Of a DNA stretch of 64,000 nucleotides, positions 49,943 through 60,616 are shown piece after piece (the first letter of the stretch is position 1; the number at the start of each line of letters is the position of its first letter). A program made the translations under genes and the position numbers. The notes under the pieces were generated by a model that was not told where the DNA came from, made no database searches, and was given only the letters and a program-made list of their open reading frames with translations. The stretch comes from Candidatus Borrarchaeum weybense (lineage in GTDB: Archaea > Asgardarchaeota > Sifarchaeia > Borrarchaeales > Borrarchaeaceae). The DNA lies in the NCBI GenBank assembly GCA_019057385.1, contig JAHQJS010000008.1, positions 32,001 to 96,000 of the forward strand, written 5' to 3'.

Positions 49943-50347
49943 TTGTTAAAGGAATCTGAACTGCAGGCGAGACTGTTGAAAGAATCTGATACAAAAAAAG
50001 AAGAGGCTGGCATTCAAAAAGCAGTTGAATTGATGAGGAAGGGCGCGACGATGCTAAATGAGGCGTGCCCAGAGTGTTCTGGTCCTCTATTTCAGTTGCC
50101 AGAGTCCCGCGATATCATCTGCCCCCAGTGTGAGAAAAAGGTGTTAATAGTTTCCGATGAAGCAGAAGTTCAAGAATTAGAGAAAGAATCTCTTTTGACG
50201 GAATTAGATCAAGCTATTTGTATACAAATTGAAAATGTGATGAGGAGATTAAAAGAAGAAATTGATGCCGACGAACTTATGACAATAGGACGTCTAACCA
50301 TTTTATGGCTTGAAATCCTCGAAAAAACTAAACGTATACGCTCTTGA
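49943..50347 (+). CDS. Sjogren/scleroderma autoantigen-1 (UPF0148) family Zn-ribbon protein
   Basis: ELMRKGATMLNEACPECSGPLF...CPQC. Confidence 0.85.
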   Translation: MLKESELQARLLKESDTKKEEAGIQKAVELMRKGATMLNEACPECSGPLFQLPESRDIICPQCEKKVLIVSDEAEVQELEKESLLTELDQAICIQIENVMRRLKEEIDADELMTIGRLTILWLEILEKTKRIRS

Positions 50348-50446
50348 AAGGATTTATTTTATCCTCTCCAGTTTATGATTTTACATAGTTTGCTTGCCCT
50401 GTTCAGTGAAATCTTGATTTTTTAATGACATTTGAATACTTGGTGA

Positions 50447-50791
50447 CTAAATATTGGCAATATATGCTTTTATTTCTTCTAAAATCTTTTTTCTTAGGCT
50501 CATAACCTCGCGCACTTCAATTTCGCGAGCCTCTTTAATAATTGTCTTTAGTTGAACAATATTTCCTACTGCTTGGATGTTTTCGATACCTACTGGAAAT
50601 TCTACTTCAAGACCTTTAACAACAATTTCTGCCTTAATTTGAGGAAGCTGTGATAAACTCAATCTTACACTGCGGATTATTCCGATCCTTCTTGCTCCAG
50701 CATCAACAACTTCTTTACCTAATATCTTTCCTGGCACGATGAGTTCGTATAGCTCAATTTCGGTGAGTTTTTTTCCTTCAGGGTGTTCCAA
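50447..50791 (-). CDS. PRC-barrel domain protein
   Basis: ILGKEVVDAGARRIGII...FPVGIENIQAVGNIV. Confidence 0.75.
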   Translation of the reverse strand: MEHPEGKKLTEIELYELIVPGKILGKEVVDAGARRIGIIRSVRLSLSQLPQIKAEIVVKGLEVEFPVGIENIQAVGNIVQLKTIIKEAREIEVREVMSLRKKILEEIKAYIANI

Positions 50792-51100
50792 TTTCGTTCT
50801 AGCCCTCCTTGTCTTATTCTTACTACACTTAATAATTGGTGAATTTTTCCTTTTTTTAATTATGTATCATTAATGAAAGTTGTAGATTAGCATTTGTTTG
50901 TTATCTTGAGATTTCAATTAAAAACTACATCACACACTTCTCTATACTTTTTTTAACTTAGTCTTTTCTTCTCCTACACTATGTTTGGGTTAAACTCATT
51001 AATGAAACATTATTGAAATTTAATCTTGTAGAAACAAAATTGAATATCCTTCGTATAGAACATTTATCCATTTGCTTATAGCGGTTTCTGGTGCGAATTC

Positions 51101-52351
51101 ATGACTTATAAAGCAGTTATAATCACCCCATCGTTTCCTAGATACCTTAACGATCCAGTTTCTCCATTTCTTTTTGAATTGTTTACTCGGGTTGCAAAAC
51201 TTGGCTTTGAGATTCACGTCGTTTCACCTCAGGATTATATGATACCAGGTATTGGACCAATATTAGACGAAGAAATCTTAGGGGGTATCCACGTACATCG
51301 TTTCACGTATATGCGTCCACCATGGCTTCAAACTTTGACTTACCGAGATAGAATGCCCGCTAATCTCGAAGAATCAGCATTTGCAAAAATGCTTACGCCT
51401 TTTTACTTGCTAAATGCTGCACGGAAGACTATAGAAATTTGCAAGAACTATAATGCCGATATAATCTGTCCTTTCTGGGCGCTCCCACAAGGCCTCATAG
51501 GAATCTTGGTTAAACGCATTTTTAACCGACCACTGATAGTTGGGACGTTTCCTGTTGAAATTGCTCTTTCTCAATCTAAGTATCAGTTTATGATGCCTGC
51601 CCTTGATTTAGTCTTCAAAATGGCTGATGTAATTATACCTAATTCAAATTTCACAAAAAAAGAAATTGAACGTATGGGCGTTAACCCCAATAAATTGAAA
51701 ATGGTTTACCCAGGCGTAGATCCTAAAAAATTCAATCCAAATTTAGATGGTTCCCTTGTTAGGGAAAAATATAATTGTAATGGCGATCCAATTCTTCTTA
51801 CTGTTTGTAGATTGGTTGAGCGGAAAGGGATAAGATATCTAATAGATGCATTACCCTCAATAAGAAAAGAGTTTCCGAATGTGCAACTTTTAATCGCAGG
51901 AGATGGTCCTGAAACAAATATTTTGATGAGCCAAGCAAAAAGACTAGGAGTTATGGATAGCACAGTATTCTGTAGAATGGTGCCTGATGATGACCTTCCA
52001 TACTTCTATGCGATTGCTGATGTTTTTATTTTGCCCGCGATTATAGACTCAAAGGGAGATACCGAAGGGCTGGGTGTGGTAATGCTTGAAGCCATGGCTA
52101 GCGGAGTCCCAGTAATTGCCTCAAGAGTGGGAGGAATCCCGGAAGCATTAAACTACGGAAAAGCTGGAATTCTCATCGAACAAAAGAACCCTAAACAAAT
52201 TAAAGAGGCGGTGATCTCTCTCTTACACAATGATGACTTAAGAATGTCTTTGAGCAAAAAAGGCAGAGAATGGATACTTAAAACTTTTAGTTGGGACAGT
52301 CTTGCCAAACAAATAACTGAAATTTTCCGCTATTCCCTTACTCGTTACTAA
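51101..52351 (+). CDS. Glycosyltransferase family 4
   Basis: RLVERKG, EGLGVVMLEAMASGVPVI, GGIPE. Confidence 0.92.
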   Translation: MTYKAVIITPSFPRYLNDPVSPFLFELFTRVAKLGFEIHVVSPQDYMIPGIGPILDEEILGGIHVHRFTYMRPPWLQTLTYRDRMPANLEESAFAKMLTPFYLLNAARKTIEICKNYNADIICPFWALPQGLIGILVKRIFNRPLIVGTFPVEIALSQSKYQFMMPALDLVFKMADVIIPNSNFTKKEIERMGVNPNKLKMVYPGVDPKKFNPNLDGSLVREKYNCNGDPILLTVCRLVERKGIRYLIDALPSIRKEFPNVQLLIAGDGPETNILMSQAKRLGVMDSTVFCRMVPDDDLPYFYAIADVFILPAIIDSKGDTEGLGVVMLEAMASGVPVIASRVGGIPEALNYGKAGILIEQKNPKQIKEAVISLLHNDDLRMSLSKKGREWILKTFSWDSLAKQITEIFRYSLTRY

Positions 52352-52442
52352 TTGATTTCAAACTATTTAACTCCTTAGAAGCCTTAATTTTTTTAAATCG
52401 GCTTTAGCTTTCGAAGGAAAAAACATGAAGAAATGCCAAGCA

Positions 52443-52940
52443 TTATTTATGAAGAAAAATTTTTATTTTGCGCAAAAGCACTTCATTCCACACACTTTGA
52501 AAGTGTTTCAAAAACTTCCATGTCTTTTCTAATTCTCCGTTAAGTCGTGATTTTTGCGCTGCTTCCAGAAGTTGATGCATGAAAAATAAACTATGATAAG
52601 GGGATTCGTCTGTATGAAAAAAGAGTGAAGTCGATTCCACAGGTTTGATTGGGGGGGCTATAGTAATCCTTGTCCGCCATGTTGAGGCTAAGAATAAACT
52701 TAGTATTGCGATATATAAAACCCAAATCAGCGAATTATTGCGGACATTAACTATAAATACTCCTAGAATAGCATAAACTAAAGTAAGAAGTGCCATTAGA
52801 CTGACTGCGAATAGAGATACAACAGTTCTTCGATATCTTCTTGAATTGTGGATGAGATCCTTGAGGAATAACAAATCATAGACTAAAACAGATAAAAAGA
52901 GTATATAGTCGTAACCAATCTTTTTAACAATTCTTTTCAT
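52443..52940 (-). CDS. Hypothetical membrane protein
   Basis: Three hydrophobic segments. Confidence 0.55.
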   Translation of the reverse strand: MKRIVKKIGYDYILFLSVLVYDLLFLKDLIHNSRRYRRTVVSLFAVSLMALLTLVYAILGVFIVNVRNNSLIWVLYIAILSLFLASTWRTRITIAPPIKPVESTSLFFHTDESPYHSLFFMHQLLEAAQKSRLNGELEKTWKFLKHFQSVWNEVLLRKIKIFLHK

Positions 52941-53014
52941 TAGGATCGTTATCCAAAATCTACTTTATGAACAATCTGTATTCTTCTAGAAATACACTGG
53001 TTCTCAATTTTCCA

Positions 53015-55747
53015 CTAACTTGTCTTTTTTTTAGTTGTTGCTTTTGGAAAATCAATATAATCGCATTCTTTATTGGGGCATTTCCAGTACCGGTTCTTTT
53101 GTTTTGAAAGTTTGCTGATAAGAGGGAATCCGCATTTCGGACAAGCAGTTTTTAAAGGGTTATCGCCAGGATATAGTGAGATGGTTAGTTTACATTCGGG
53201 ATAATTAGAGCAACCAAGAAACCTTCCAAATTTCCCTGTTCTTTCAATTAACTCTCCTTTGCCACAAGCAGGACACTTTACAACACCGCTTTCATGTTTT
53301 CGCGCCTCTTTTTGATCAATTTCTTCAGTGCATTCCTTGTTCGAACACTTATAGTAACGTTTTTTATTTTTTGAGAGTTTTGAGATAATAGGCCATCCAC
53401 ATGTACAGACCTTTTTCAGAGGTCGATCACCAGGATATAATGTAATCGTAGTTTTACATTCGGGATAATTAGAGCAACCTAAAAATTTGCCGTATTTTCC
53501 TCTTCTTTCGACTAATTCTCCTTCCTTACAAACAGGACACTTTTTACGTGATTTTTCATCAACAACCTTCCCCTTGCAATCCTCAACCTCGCAGTTGAAG
53601 CACGGACCACGCTGTTTTTTTCCTTCTTCTGTTTCAATTTCCTCAATCCAGCAAATTGGACAGAGATTGTACTGTACTCCTTTTGGTGAGGTCATCGTTA
53701 TAATTGGTTTATCACATAAAGGACATATGAATTTTGCGGCTCTGGGTATCCCTGCGGGAAGTGGGTATGATGTTTTACATTCTTTCTTATCTGGATTAGT
53801 ACATCGTAAGTAATATCCTTTTTTTCCTTTGAAAATCTCAATTGGGTGGCCGCAGTTTAGGCAATTAAATAATTCAACTTTTGGAGTACTTTTCTTCCTT
53901 TCGGTCTGTATGGCCTCTGCTAGGGCGTTTATTAAAGTTTCTTCTTTTGCGACAACTTCTTTGAAGAGTTTTTTCATGCGTTTCGACGAATCTTTGACAA
54001 CAGTTTCTTTTTTTTGCTCTCCTGTCGCAACAAGATTCGTTTGGTTCTCGATATAGGCTCTGAGTTCTGGTTTAACAAGCATCTCATCAATATTTCCTAA
54101 TCCGGTGATTAAAGCTATACCCAGCAAAGTTGGTTGAATCGTTCGTCCTTTTCCAGAGATTTTAAAATAGTTTCGCAGTTTATTTGTTTTAATGTGCTGT
54201 GGGATTGTAGCATCTGTCCCGATACCATTTTTATCCATTAATTTGATTAATTCAGTTTCTGTGATCCGACGTGGAGGTTTAGTTTCTCCTTTTTTCATTT
54301 CTAGGTTGGCGATATTTACTTCATCGCCTTTTTTAAGGACTGGTAGTAACCTTTCAGTAATTTTTCGAAATGGATATATTTCTAAAAAACCGAGCTGCTT
54401 CAGTTGCTTTCCAGTTAGATTAAACATTTCTTGACCGATTTGAATGGTTATTTTCATTTCTGAATATACTGCGGGCATGCTCATGGTGGCAAAAAAATGT
54501 CTTGAAATCATGTCATAGACTGACCATACAGCATTTTTGTCAAATTTTTTGACCTCAGGCAATTTTTCCAATTCGCTTTTTTCAATACTTTTTGTAGGAT
54601 GAATTGGTGGATGTGCTTTATCATCTCGCTTTCCGCGTGTAGCTCGTATGCGTTTTTGTAGTAACTTTGAGACATAGTCACCCCATTCTGGATGGTCAGC
54701 ATGTTGCTCTAGCAATCTTTTAAGGCTAAAGGTTCGTGGATAGATTTCTGTTTCTGTTCTTGGATAACTTATAATTCCTGCATTATACAAGCGCTCTGCA
54801 ATTTCCATGGCGCGTTCAGATGCAATTTGTAGATGTTTTGCCGCCATACTAACAAATTGAACCGTGTTTAAGGGCTTTGGTGGATATGCTTTCTTTTCTT
54901 CGGTAATTACATCTTCCACTCTGCCCTTTGTTTCTTTTTTCAATCCATCAAAAATTTTCTTACATTCTTTTTTATCGAATAGGCGATCTTTCTCCCATTT
55001 GAGATCATAAAGTTGTTTTTCAATCTCAATTTGAGCAAAAATAAACCAGAATGGTTCTGGAACAAACGCTTCCCGTTCCAAATGTCTTCCAACTACAAAA
55101 GAAAGTGCAGCAGTTTGACATGGACCGAAACTTACTATTTTAGGCGCAGACACTGGATTGACTTTACGCACCCCCATTGTTTGAAAGCGAGTAAACGCAC
55201 TGCCAGATCTTAGATCTATTTCTTGGCGTGATTCTACCTTTTCTACTATGTTACTATCTAATGTAGTCTTACTTGCCTCACTGAACGCCTTTTGGATATC
55301 TTGTTTTGTGACAGCAGAAAATATCATTCGATGTACTGTTATGTTTGGATTTATTTCCAAAATAATCGCTGCTATATCGTATCCAATTTTTTCTCCTTCA
55401 GAATCTGCGTCTGTAGCTATTATAAGTTCATCTGCATCTTTACCGAGTTTCTGGAGTTGATTAATCACCTTTGGGATCTCTTTGTTTGTCTCATTAATTT
55501 TATAAATCGTAGGTGCATCAAATAAGCTTTCAGGGTCAACTTTATCCCATTTATTGTATTTATCCTCAAAATCAAGAGTTTTTACATGACCTAAAACAGA
55601 AGTTACAGTCAGATCATCATTATTAATTTTAAATCGATGAATAGGAGTATATTTGCTCATACCTTTCTCTTTAGTCACTTTTTTGCCCAAAATATGACTA
55701 ATTCTTCTAGCGATGCTGGGTTTCTCAGTAATTATTAATATCTGCAT
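53015..55747 (-). CDS. topA: Type IA DNA topoisomerase (Top3-like) with multiple C-terminal Zn ribbons
   Basis: TEKPS, DADSEGE, SFGPCQT, ISYPRTET (catalytic Tyr), AHPPIHPT, GIGTDAT; GCSNYPEC Zn ribbons. Confidence 0.95.
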   Translation of the reverse strand: MQILIITEKPSIARRISHILGKKVTKEKGMSKYTPIHRFKINNDDLTVTSVLGHVKTLDFEDKYNKWDKVDPESLFDAPTIYKINETNKEIPKVINQLQKLGKDADELIIATDADSEGEKIGYDIAAIILEINPNITVHRMIFSAVTKQDIQKAFSEASKTTLDSNIVEKVESRQEIDLRSGSAFTRFQTMGVRKVNPVSAPKIVSFGPCQTAALSFVVGRHLEREAFVPEPFWFIFAQIEIEKQLYDLKWEKDRLFDKKECKKIFDGLKKETKGRVEDVITEEKKAYPPKPLNTVQFVSMAAKHLQIASERAMEIAERLYNAGIISYPRTETEIYPRTFSLKRLLEQHADHPEWGDYVSKLLQKRIRATRGKRDDKAHPPIHPTKSIEKSELEKLPEVKKFDKNAVWSVYDMISRHFFATMSMPAVYSEMKITIQIGQEMFNLTGKQLKQLGFLEIYPFRKITERLLPVLKKGDEVNIANLEMKKGETKPPRRITETELIKLMDKNGIGTDATIPQHIKTNKLRNYFKISGKGRTIQPTLLGIALITGLGNIDEMLVKPELRAYIENQTNLVATGEQKKETVVKDSSKRMKKLFKEVVAKEETLINALAEAIQTERKKSTPKVELFNCLNCGHPIEIFKGKKGYYLRCTNPDKKECKTSYPLPAGIPRAAKFICPLCDKPIITMTSPKGVQYNLCPICWIEEIETEEGKKQRGPCFNCEVEDCKGKVVDEKSRKKCPVCKEGELVERRGKYGKFLGCSNYPECKTTITLYPGDRPLKKVCTCGWPIISKLSKNKKRYYKCSNKECTEEIDQKEARKHESGVVKCPACGKGELIERTGKFGRFLGCSNYPECKLTISLYPGDNPLKTACPKCGFPLISKLSKQKNRYWKCPNKECDYIDFPKATTKKKTS

Positions 55748-56044
55748 TTAACAAGCCTCATCGTGATTACCGGTGTTGCTCCCTTTATAAAATTCAAGTA
55801 GATGTGCACAATATAAAATTATAAACATAACGATTGTGACTATCTAAATTGCTTTTCGTTTGATATACAGTTTATATGTTTGCGTAGCTTTTCTTAGTGA
55901 ATATCAGAAAATTTGAGTATATTACGGTAATTAAGATACGCACTGAATTTTTCAAAATTTGACTCATATCAAATTTCGATATGTTTAAATATCTACTCAT
56001 CGCGAAGTTATTAAGTTTTTAAGTTTTTCAAAGGTGATGATTTT

Positions 56045-56293
56045 ATGGCTTCCGAAAAGCTACCATTGAAGTTATTGATGCATATAGTTAACTCAGAAAT
56101 AATTATAAGACTCAAAGACAATAGAGAATTTCGAGGGCGCCTTCAGAGTGTCGACAACTATATGAACTCTATCCTGAGCGATGCCATCGAAATAAAGGAT
56201 GGAAACAAACTTGCTAAGTACGGAGAAGTGTTTATCAGGGGTAATAACATACTTTGGATACAGACAGAATGGGACGAGGTTGAAACGGATTAA
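56045..56293 (+). CDS. Sm/Lsm family RNA-binding protein (SmAP)
   Basis: Sm1 G.L..VDNYMN, Sm2 YGEVFIRGNNI. Confidence 0.92.
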   Translation: MASEKLPLKLLMHIVNSEIIIRLKDNREFRGRLQSVDNYMNSILSDAIEIKDGNKLAKYGEVFIRGNNILWIQTEWDEVETD

Positions 56294-56458
56294 TTAAATC
56301 CTTTTAATCCACGAAATATGAGGAAACTTAACGAGACGTAATTAAATCCCTTTACCCTTAACCAAAACTAATCTAATAGATTTAAAAACAATAATTACAG
56401 TGCATTTTTGAGTATACAATAATTACTCAATCTGTAATTTTCTTCAAGAAATTAAGGC

Positions 56459-57025
56459 ATGATAGTTATGCCTGAATTAAATGAATTTTCTTATAAGAAA
56501 CGCATTATGAAACTCTATTCTGAACCAAGCTATGTTAAGACATATGACAGACGATATAATTCAATTCAACGTGAAAAGTACGAGATTATTTTACCATACC
56601 TCGAAAATCACCCACTTTGGATTTTAGATGTTGGTATTGGAACTGGACTATTTTTAAATAAAGTTGTAAGGCAGTGGACACTGATAGGCACAGATTTATC
56701 CTTAAGAATGTTACATATAGCTAAAAAAAGAGCAAAAAAAAACACTAATGTTGAATTAGTTTTGGCTGATGCAGATTATCTTCCTTTTAAAGAACGCATT
56801 TTTCAGATTGTCACAACGTTTACGTTACTTCAAAATGTACCCAATCCTTTGAAGACAATTCAAGAACTTAAACGTGTAAGCGATAATTTAGTTGCTATAA
56901 CAGTTTTGAAGAAGAAAATAAATGTACTTTCCCTTAGGGAATTCCTCAAGAAATCAGGGGTTACAAAGTTTAACATCATAGAGAGGGAAAGTGAAGATAT
57001 TTTTGCAGTTTGTTATGTCACCTAA
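56459..57025 (+). CDS. Class I SAM-dependent methyltransferase
   Basis: ILDVGIGTG, DLSLRML, ADADYLPF. Confidence 0.88.
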   Translation: MIVMPELNEFSYKKRIMKLYSEPSYVKTYDRRYNSIQREKYEIILPYLENHPLWILDVGIGTGLFLNKVVRQWTLIGTDLSLRMLHIAKKRAKKNTNVELVLADADYLPFKERIFQIVTTFTLLQNVPNPLKTIQELKRVSDNLVAITVLKKKINVLSLREFLKKSGVTKFNIIERESEDIFAVCYVT

Positions 57026-57029
57026 CGAA

Positions 57030-59138
57030 TTATTGTCCTGTTGAATCATCTTGGATTATATCATTCATTTCATCCAGTTTTTGTTTTCTGTATTCCTTGA
57101 TTATCTTTTTTAACATATCTTGTGTCTTTTCTTTCAGCAGTTGATTATATCTTTTTTCCCATTCCAGAAGTTTCTCATCCAGTTCATTCTTGTCTACTAT
57201 GGCGAATTCGTCTACATTTTTTAATGTTTTTAATTCATTTCTCTCGATTAGGGGTATTTCGTATTCTAAAAAGCGAGCTTCTGCAATATGAGACATTTTT
57301 TTGCAATCAGTAATGATCGCCTTGATCTCAAAAGAGATTAATATGTCTGCTGTAGATTTTGAGCCTCCGGATGGATCTAAAAGCAAACAAACGTCTCCTT
57401 TTTTAATTCCAAATTCTTCTTTTGCTTTATTAATGCCTTCTACACTGAATATTTCGATTATACGGAGAGGAATAGCATATCCTCGTGTTTCAATCAACTT
57501 CAAGCGTTTAAGATCACTGAACTTAGACCTTAATTGTGAGATTTCGTTCTTAAAATCAATTTCTTGTTTTCTGAGTCTTCCTATCTCTTCATCTCTAAAT
57601 TGTATTTCTCTGAGTTTTTTCAGTTCAGTTCTCTCTTCTGATTGAAGTAGTTTGATCTTTTCCTGAAAATCTTTGATAATTGTTTCTAACTCACTTATTT
57701 TAGAAGAATAAAGCTCGTTTTGGGTTCTTAAATTATCAAGTTGTTCTTCTTGGAGTTTTATTTTTGCCCTTGATTCTGATATCTTTGCTTCCATTTGTTC
57801 AGTGGTCAAGGTCACTTCAATTGCTTCTTCGATAATTGTTTCTTCCTTTTCTTCTTGTACAAGGCGATCAATGGCGTCTTTTATTGGTATGTCTTCTTGT
57901 ACAACTAAGGCTTTTACATTATCGATGAATGAGCGCGAAATAGGGATTCTAACATCAAGCTTTTTAATCGCAGCCTCTATTCGGTCAAAAACATTTTTGT
58001 GCGAAGAATATGCGTTAAGTGCGGCTACTAATGCGTCGCGTTCATGACTATTTGATGGCTTAGTGCCATTTGTATTATTGAACGTACGAATCATTGCGTT
58101 TTTGTCGCTAACAGTCATAACTTTGGTTGCAGAGTGAATTCTTGAATTGAATTTTGTTGAAAGTGTTTGAATAAAGGCTGGTACAGATGTGACATCGGTT
58201 GCAATGATAGTAGCTGTGCCATACTCTGAAATTTTTCTTACTACATCACCTCTGGATAAGCCCTTTGCACTATCAAGTAGTATTACTCCCCCACGCAGAT
58301 CAAGAATAGCGATACCTACAGTAACACCAGGATCGATACCTACAATTAATTTTTTCATTTTAGTAACTGTTGCCTGAACAGGGAAATTCGTACCCCCTAA
58401 CGACGGTATGAATTCAATTCGTTTCCTTTTAACAGGATTGATTTTAATTTGAATATCAGGACCTTTTGTTTTTTTGATAATACCGTAAAGTTTATCCTGC
58501 GAAGTATAAACTGTAAAAATTGCTCTATCTAAACCATAAGCAGAATCTTTTATCGTGATGTCGAAGTCTAATGAAGCGCTTTCCAGTCGATCTCGTATTT
58601 CTTTTGCAGCATTCTGAATAAGGGCGCTTATTCTACGGTGATATCTATCTTGAGACCATCCACCAGATCCCAATGATCTAGCTCGTGTTACATAGATTTC
58701 AGTTTCCTCTTCAAAAGGAGAGGCTATATATCCAACATTTTTAGCTGCCAATCGAGCAGAAACTTCGGCTTCTTCTATTGCGTTTCCCTTCCCTGAAATA
58801 GGAATGCCATATCGATTTGCAACTCTGTTTAGCGGTTCCATTCCGTGAGAAGGATGTGGCGATCCTGTGACTTGTATCAATTTCATTGTTGGAGGAAGAC
58901 GGGCTAAAAAGGACACTAAGGCTTCACTAGTAGGTGCTAATTCATAGATATTATCAATAGCTAAGATGTCTGCATTAAGTTCTTTAATTAGTTTAACAAG
59001 ACGATATTTTGTAATAGCGGTTTTACGGTCGACAATATTATCGTTTTGCAGGACTACTGCAGAAAACTTCGGAGGTGATTTAACAGAAGAGCTTTGTGGC
59101 AGTATATCGATTCCTATTATGATACGTTCATCTTCCAT
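57030..59138 (-). CDS. DUF460 family protein (RNase H-like domains plus coiled coil)
   Basis: IIGIDI, GGWSQDRY, IVGIDPG, HERDAL, long coiled coil. Confidence 0.88.
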   Translation of the reverse strand: MEDERIIIGIDILPQSSSVKSPPKFSAVVLQNDNIVDRKTAITKYRLVKLIKELNADILAIDNIYELAPTSEALVSFLARLPPTMKLIQVTGSPHPSHGMEPLNRVANRYGIPISGKGNAIEEAEVSARLAAKNVGYIASPFEEETEIYVTRARSLGSGGWSQDRYHRRISALIQNAAKEIRDRLESASLDFDITIKDSAYGLDRAIFTVYTSQDKLYGIIKKTKGPDIQIKINPVKRKRIEFIPSLGGTNFPVQATVTKMKKLIVGIDPGVTVGIAILDLRGGVILLDSAKGLSRGDVVRKISEYGTATIIATDVTSVPAFIQTLSTKFNSRIHSATKVMTVSDKNAMIRTFNNTNGTKPSNSHERDALVAALNAYSSHKNVFDRIEAAIKKLDVRIPISRSFIDNVKALVVQEDIPIKDAIDRLVQEEKEETIIEEAIEVTLTTEQMEAKISESRAKIKLQEEQLDNLRTQNELYSSKISELETIIKDFQEKIKLLQSEERTELKKLREIQFRDEEIGRLRKQEIDFKNEISQLRSKFSDLKRLKLIETRGYAIPLRIIEIFSVEGINKAKEEFGIKKGDVCLLLDPSGGSKSTADILISFEIKAIITDCKKMSHIAEARFLEYEIPLIERNELKTLKNVDEFAIVDKNELDEKLLEWEKRYNQLLKEKTQDMLKKIIKEYRKQKLDEMNDIIQDDSTGQ

Positions 59139-59269
59139 GAAATCACCGATTAATGGACCCTCGTTGTTTTTAAGGGTTCACTTATCGCGTGTAATTTCTT
59201 TAGAGGGTATCTCATTTCTATATACATTATAATGGCAAAGTTAATTTTTCTTTCTATGTGTTATAAACT

Positions 59270-60163
59270 TCATCCACGCTGTATAAAATTTTGAACTTTG
59301 ATTAGATCTTCATAGATCTCAAATCTTTTTTGAAAAAAGGTTAATACATTATTTATGTCACGTTTAAGCATTGCTTCTGCGTTTGGATGCTTTTTATTTG
59401 CCCATTGGGGCCAATCAATAATAATGGTATTATATTCGGGAGTAACAAGAATATTAAATTCTGAAAGATCCGCATGAATAATTTCACAAGATCGATAAAT
59501 TGTTTTTACGATTTCAATGATTTCAGTTAGTATAGCATTAGGTTCTTCTATCTCTAAGATGATAGATAGTTCCTCACCCTCAATCAACTCCATTACTACA
59601 CAATGCCTATTTTGCCCTAGTGGCTCAGGAACAGATGATATTACAGGATAAATTCTCTTTAATGCGACATATTCTCTTCTAGCAGCTATTTGTGACTCTA
59701 GCAACCATGAAAGATGCTTTCTGCCTGCAGTGTATGACCTCAAGCGGCGTGTTTGGCGAAAACTTGTCCTACCAAGCCTGTGGAATTTTATAACAACGGT
59801 CTCACTTTCAGGTGTAAGCGCTTCATATACATCAGATTCCTTACCTACTCCTATGGGCATTCCAATCGCTTCTATAACATTAGCACAAACTAGTGTGTTA
59901 AGAGCCAAACAATCATGCCCATTAGAATTCAATTCAAACCCTAAATATGATCCGCCCCAACGGAGGATCAACTCAAGTTTGTTAAGCTTATCAAGTCGGA
60001 ATACGACTTCATCCTCAGGAAACCCTGAGATCAGGGAGATTATCTTTATAGGGACATGCTCATATGCTCTTATACCGCGCTCAATCGCTTCTAGAATTTT
60101 GAAATCGTCGGGATCCAATTTCTTAAATGCGTTGATAGCTTTTTGTGACATTTCTAAACCCAA
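59270..60163 (-). CDS. rio2: RIO2 serine/threonine kinase
   Basis: N-terminal wHTH, IGVGKESDVY, KFHRLGRTSF, IHADLSEFN, IIDWPQ. Confidence 0.93.
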   Translation of the reverse strand: MGLEMSQKAINAFKKLDPDDFKILEAIERGIRAYEHVPIKIISLISGFPEDEVVFRLDKLNKLELILRWGGSYLGFELNSNGHDCLALNTLVCANVIEAIGMPIGVGKESDVYEALTPESETVVIKFHRLGRTSFRQTRRLRSYTAGRKHLSWLLESQIAARREYVALKRIYPVISSVPEPLGQNRHCVVMELIEGEELSIILEIEEPNAILTEIIEIVKTIYRSCEIIHADLSEFNILVTPEYNTIIIDWPQWANKKHPNAEAMLKRDINNVLTFFQKRFEIYEDLIKVQNFIQRG

Positions 60164-60319
60164 TTAACACCTTTTTTAACCGGTGATATTAACTTTCATA
60201 AAGTATATCTTGACAACAAAGATCTATAAGTTTAGATTTTACTTTAAATGTTATAGCATGGATAAATATATATTTAACATTGTGCATTTGTATTGAATGA
60301 GAATTTATTTGTTTAAATA

Positions 60320-60616
60320 ATGGTAGGATGTGCAGAGATGCCTAAAGACTTAATTGTAAAAGATGAAGATGTCTCAAATGTTGCAAAAGCATTAGCTTCG
60401 GGAACAAGATGGGAAATACTTAAGTTATTGAAAGTCGAGGCACTCGATGTAAGTAGAATTGCTGAAAAACTAGGTCAGACTGAAGCAAACATAAGCGCAC
60501 AGATCAAAATAATGGAAAATGCGAATCTTATCGAAACTCACTACGAGCCTGGAGTGCATGGAGTTCGAAAGGTGTGTAAGCCTGCCATTGATCGTATTAT
60601 TCTTACGATAGATTAA
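60320..60616 (+). CDS. ArsR-family HTH transcriptional regulator
   Basis: KALASGTRWEILKLL, TEANISAQIKIME. Confidence 0.85.
   Translation: MVGCAEMPKDLIVKDEDVSNVAKALASGTRWEILKLLKVEALDVSRIAEKLGQTEANISAQIKIMENANLIETHYEPGVHGVRKVCKPAIDRIILTID

Noticed and set aside
49943-49989. LLKES repeated twice at the UPF0148 gene start
   Set aside because: Short imperfect duplication; only affects start-codon choice.
56291-56352. taattaaatcc direct repeat downstream of the Sm gene
   Set aside because: Only two short AT-rich copies; likely chance or terminator region.
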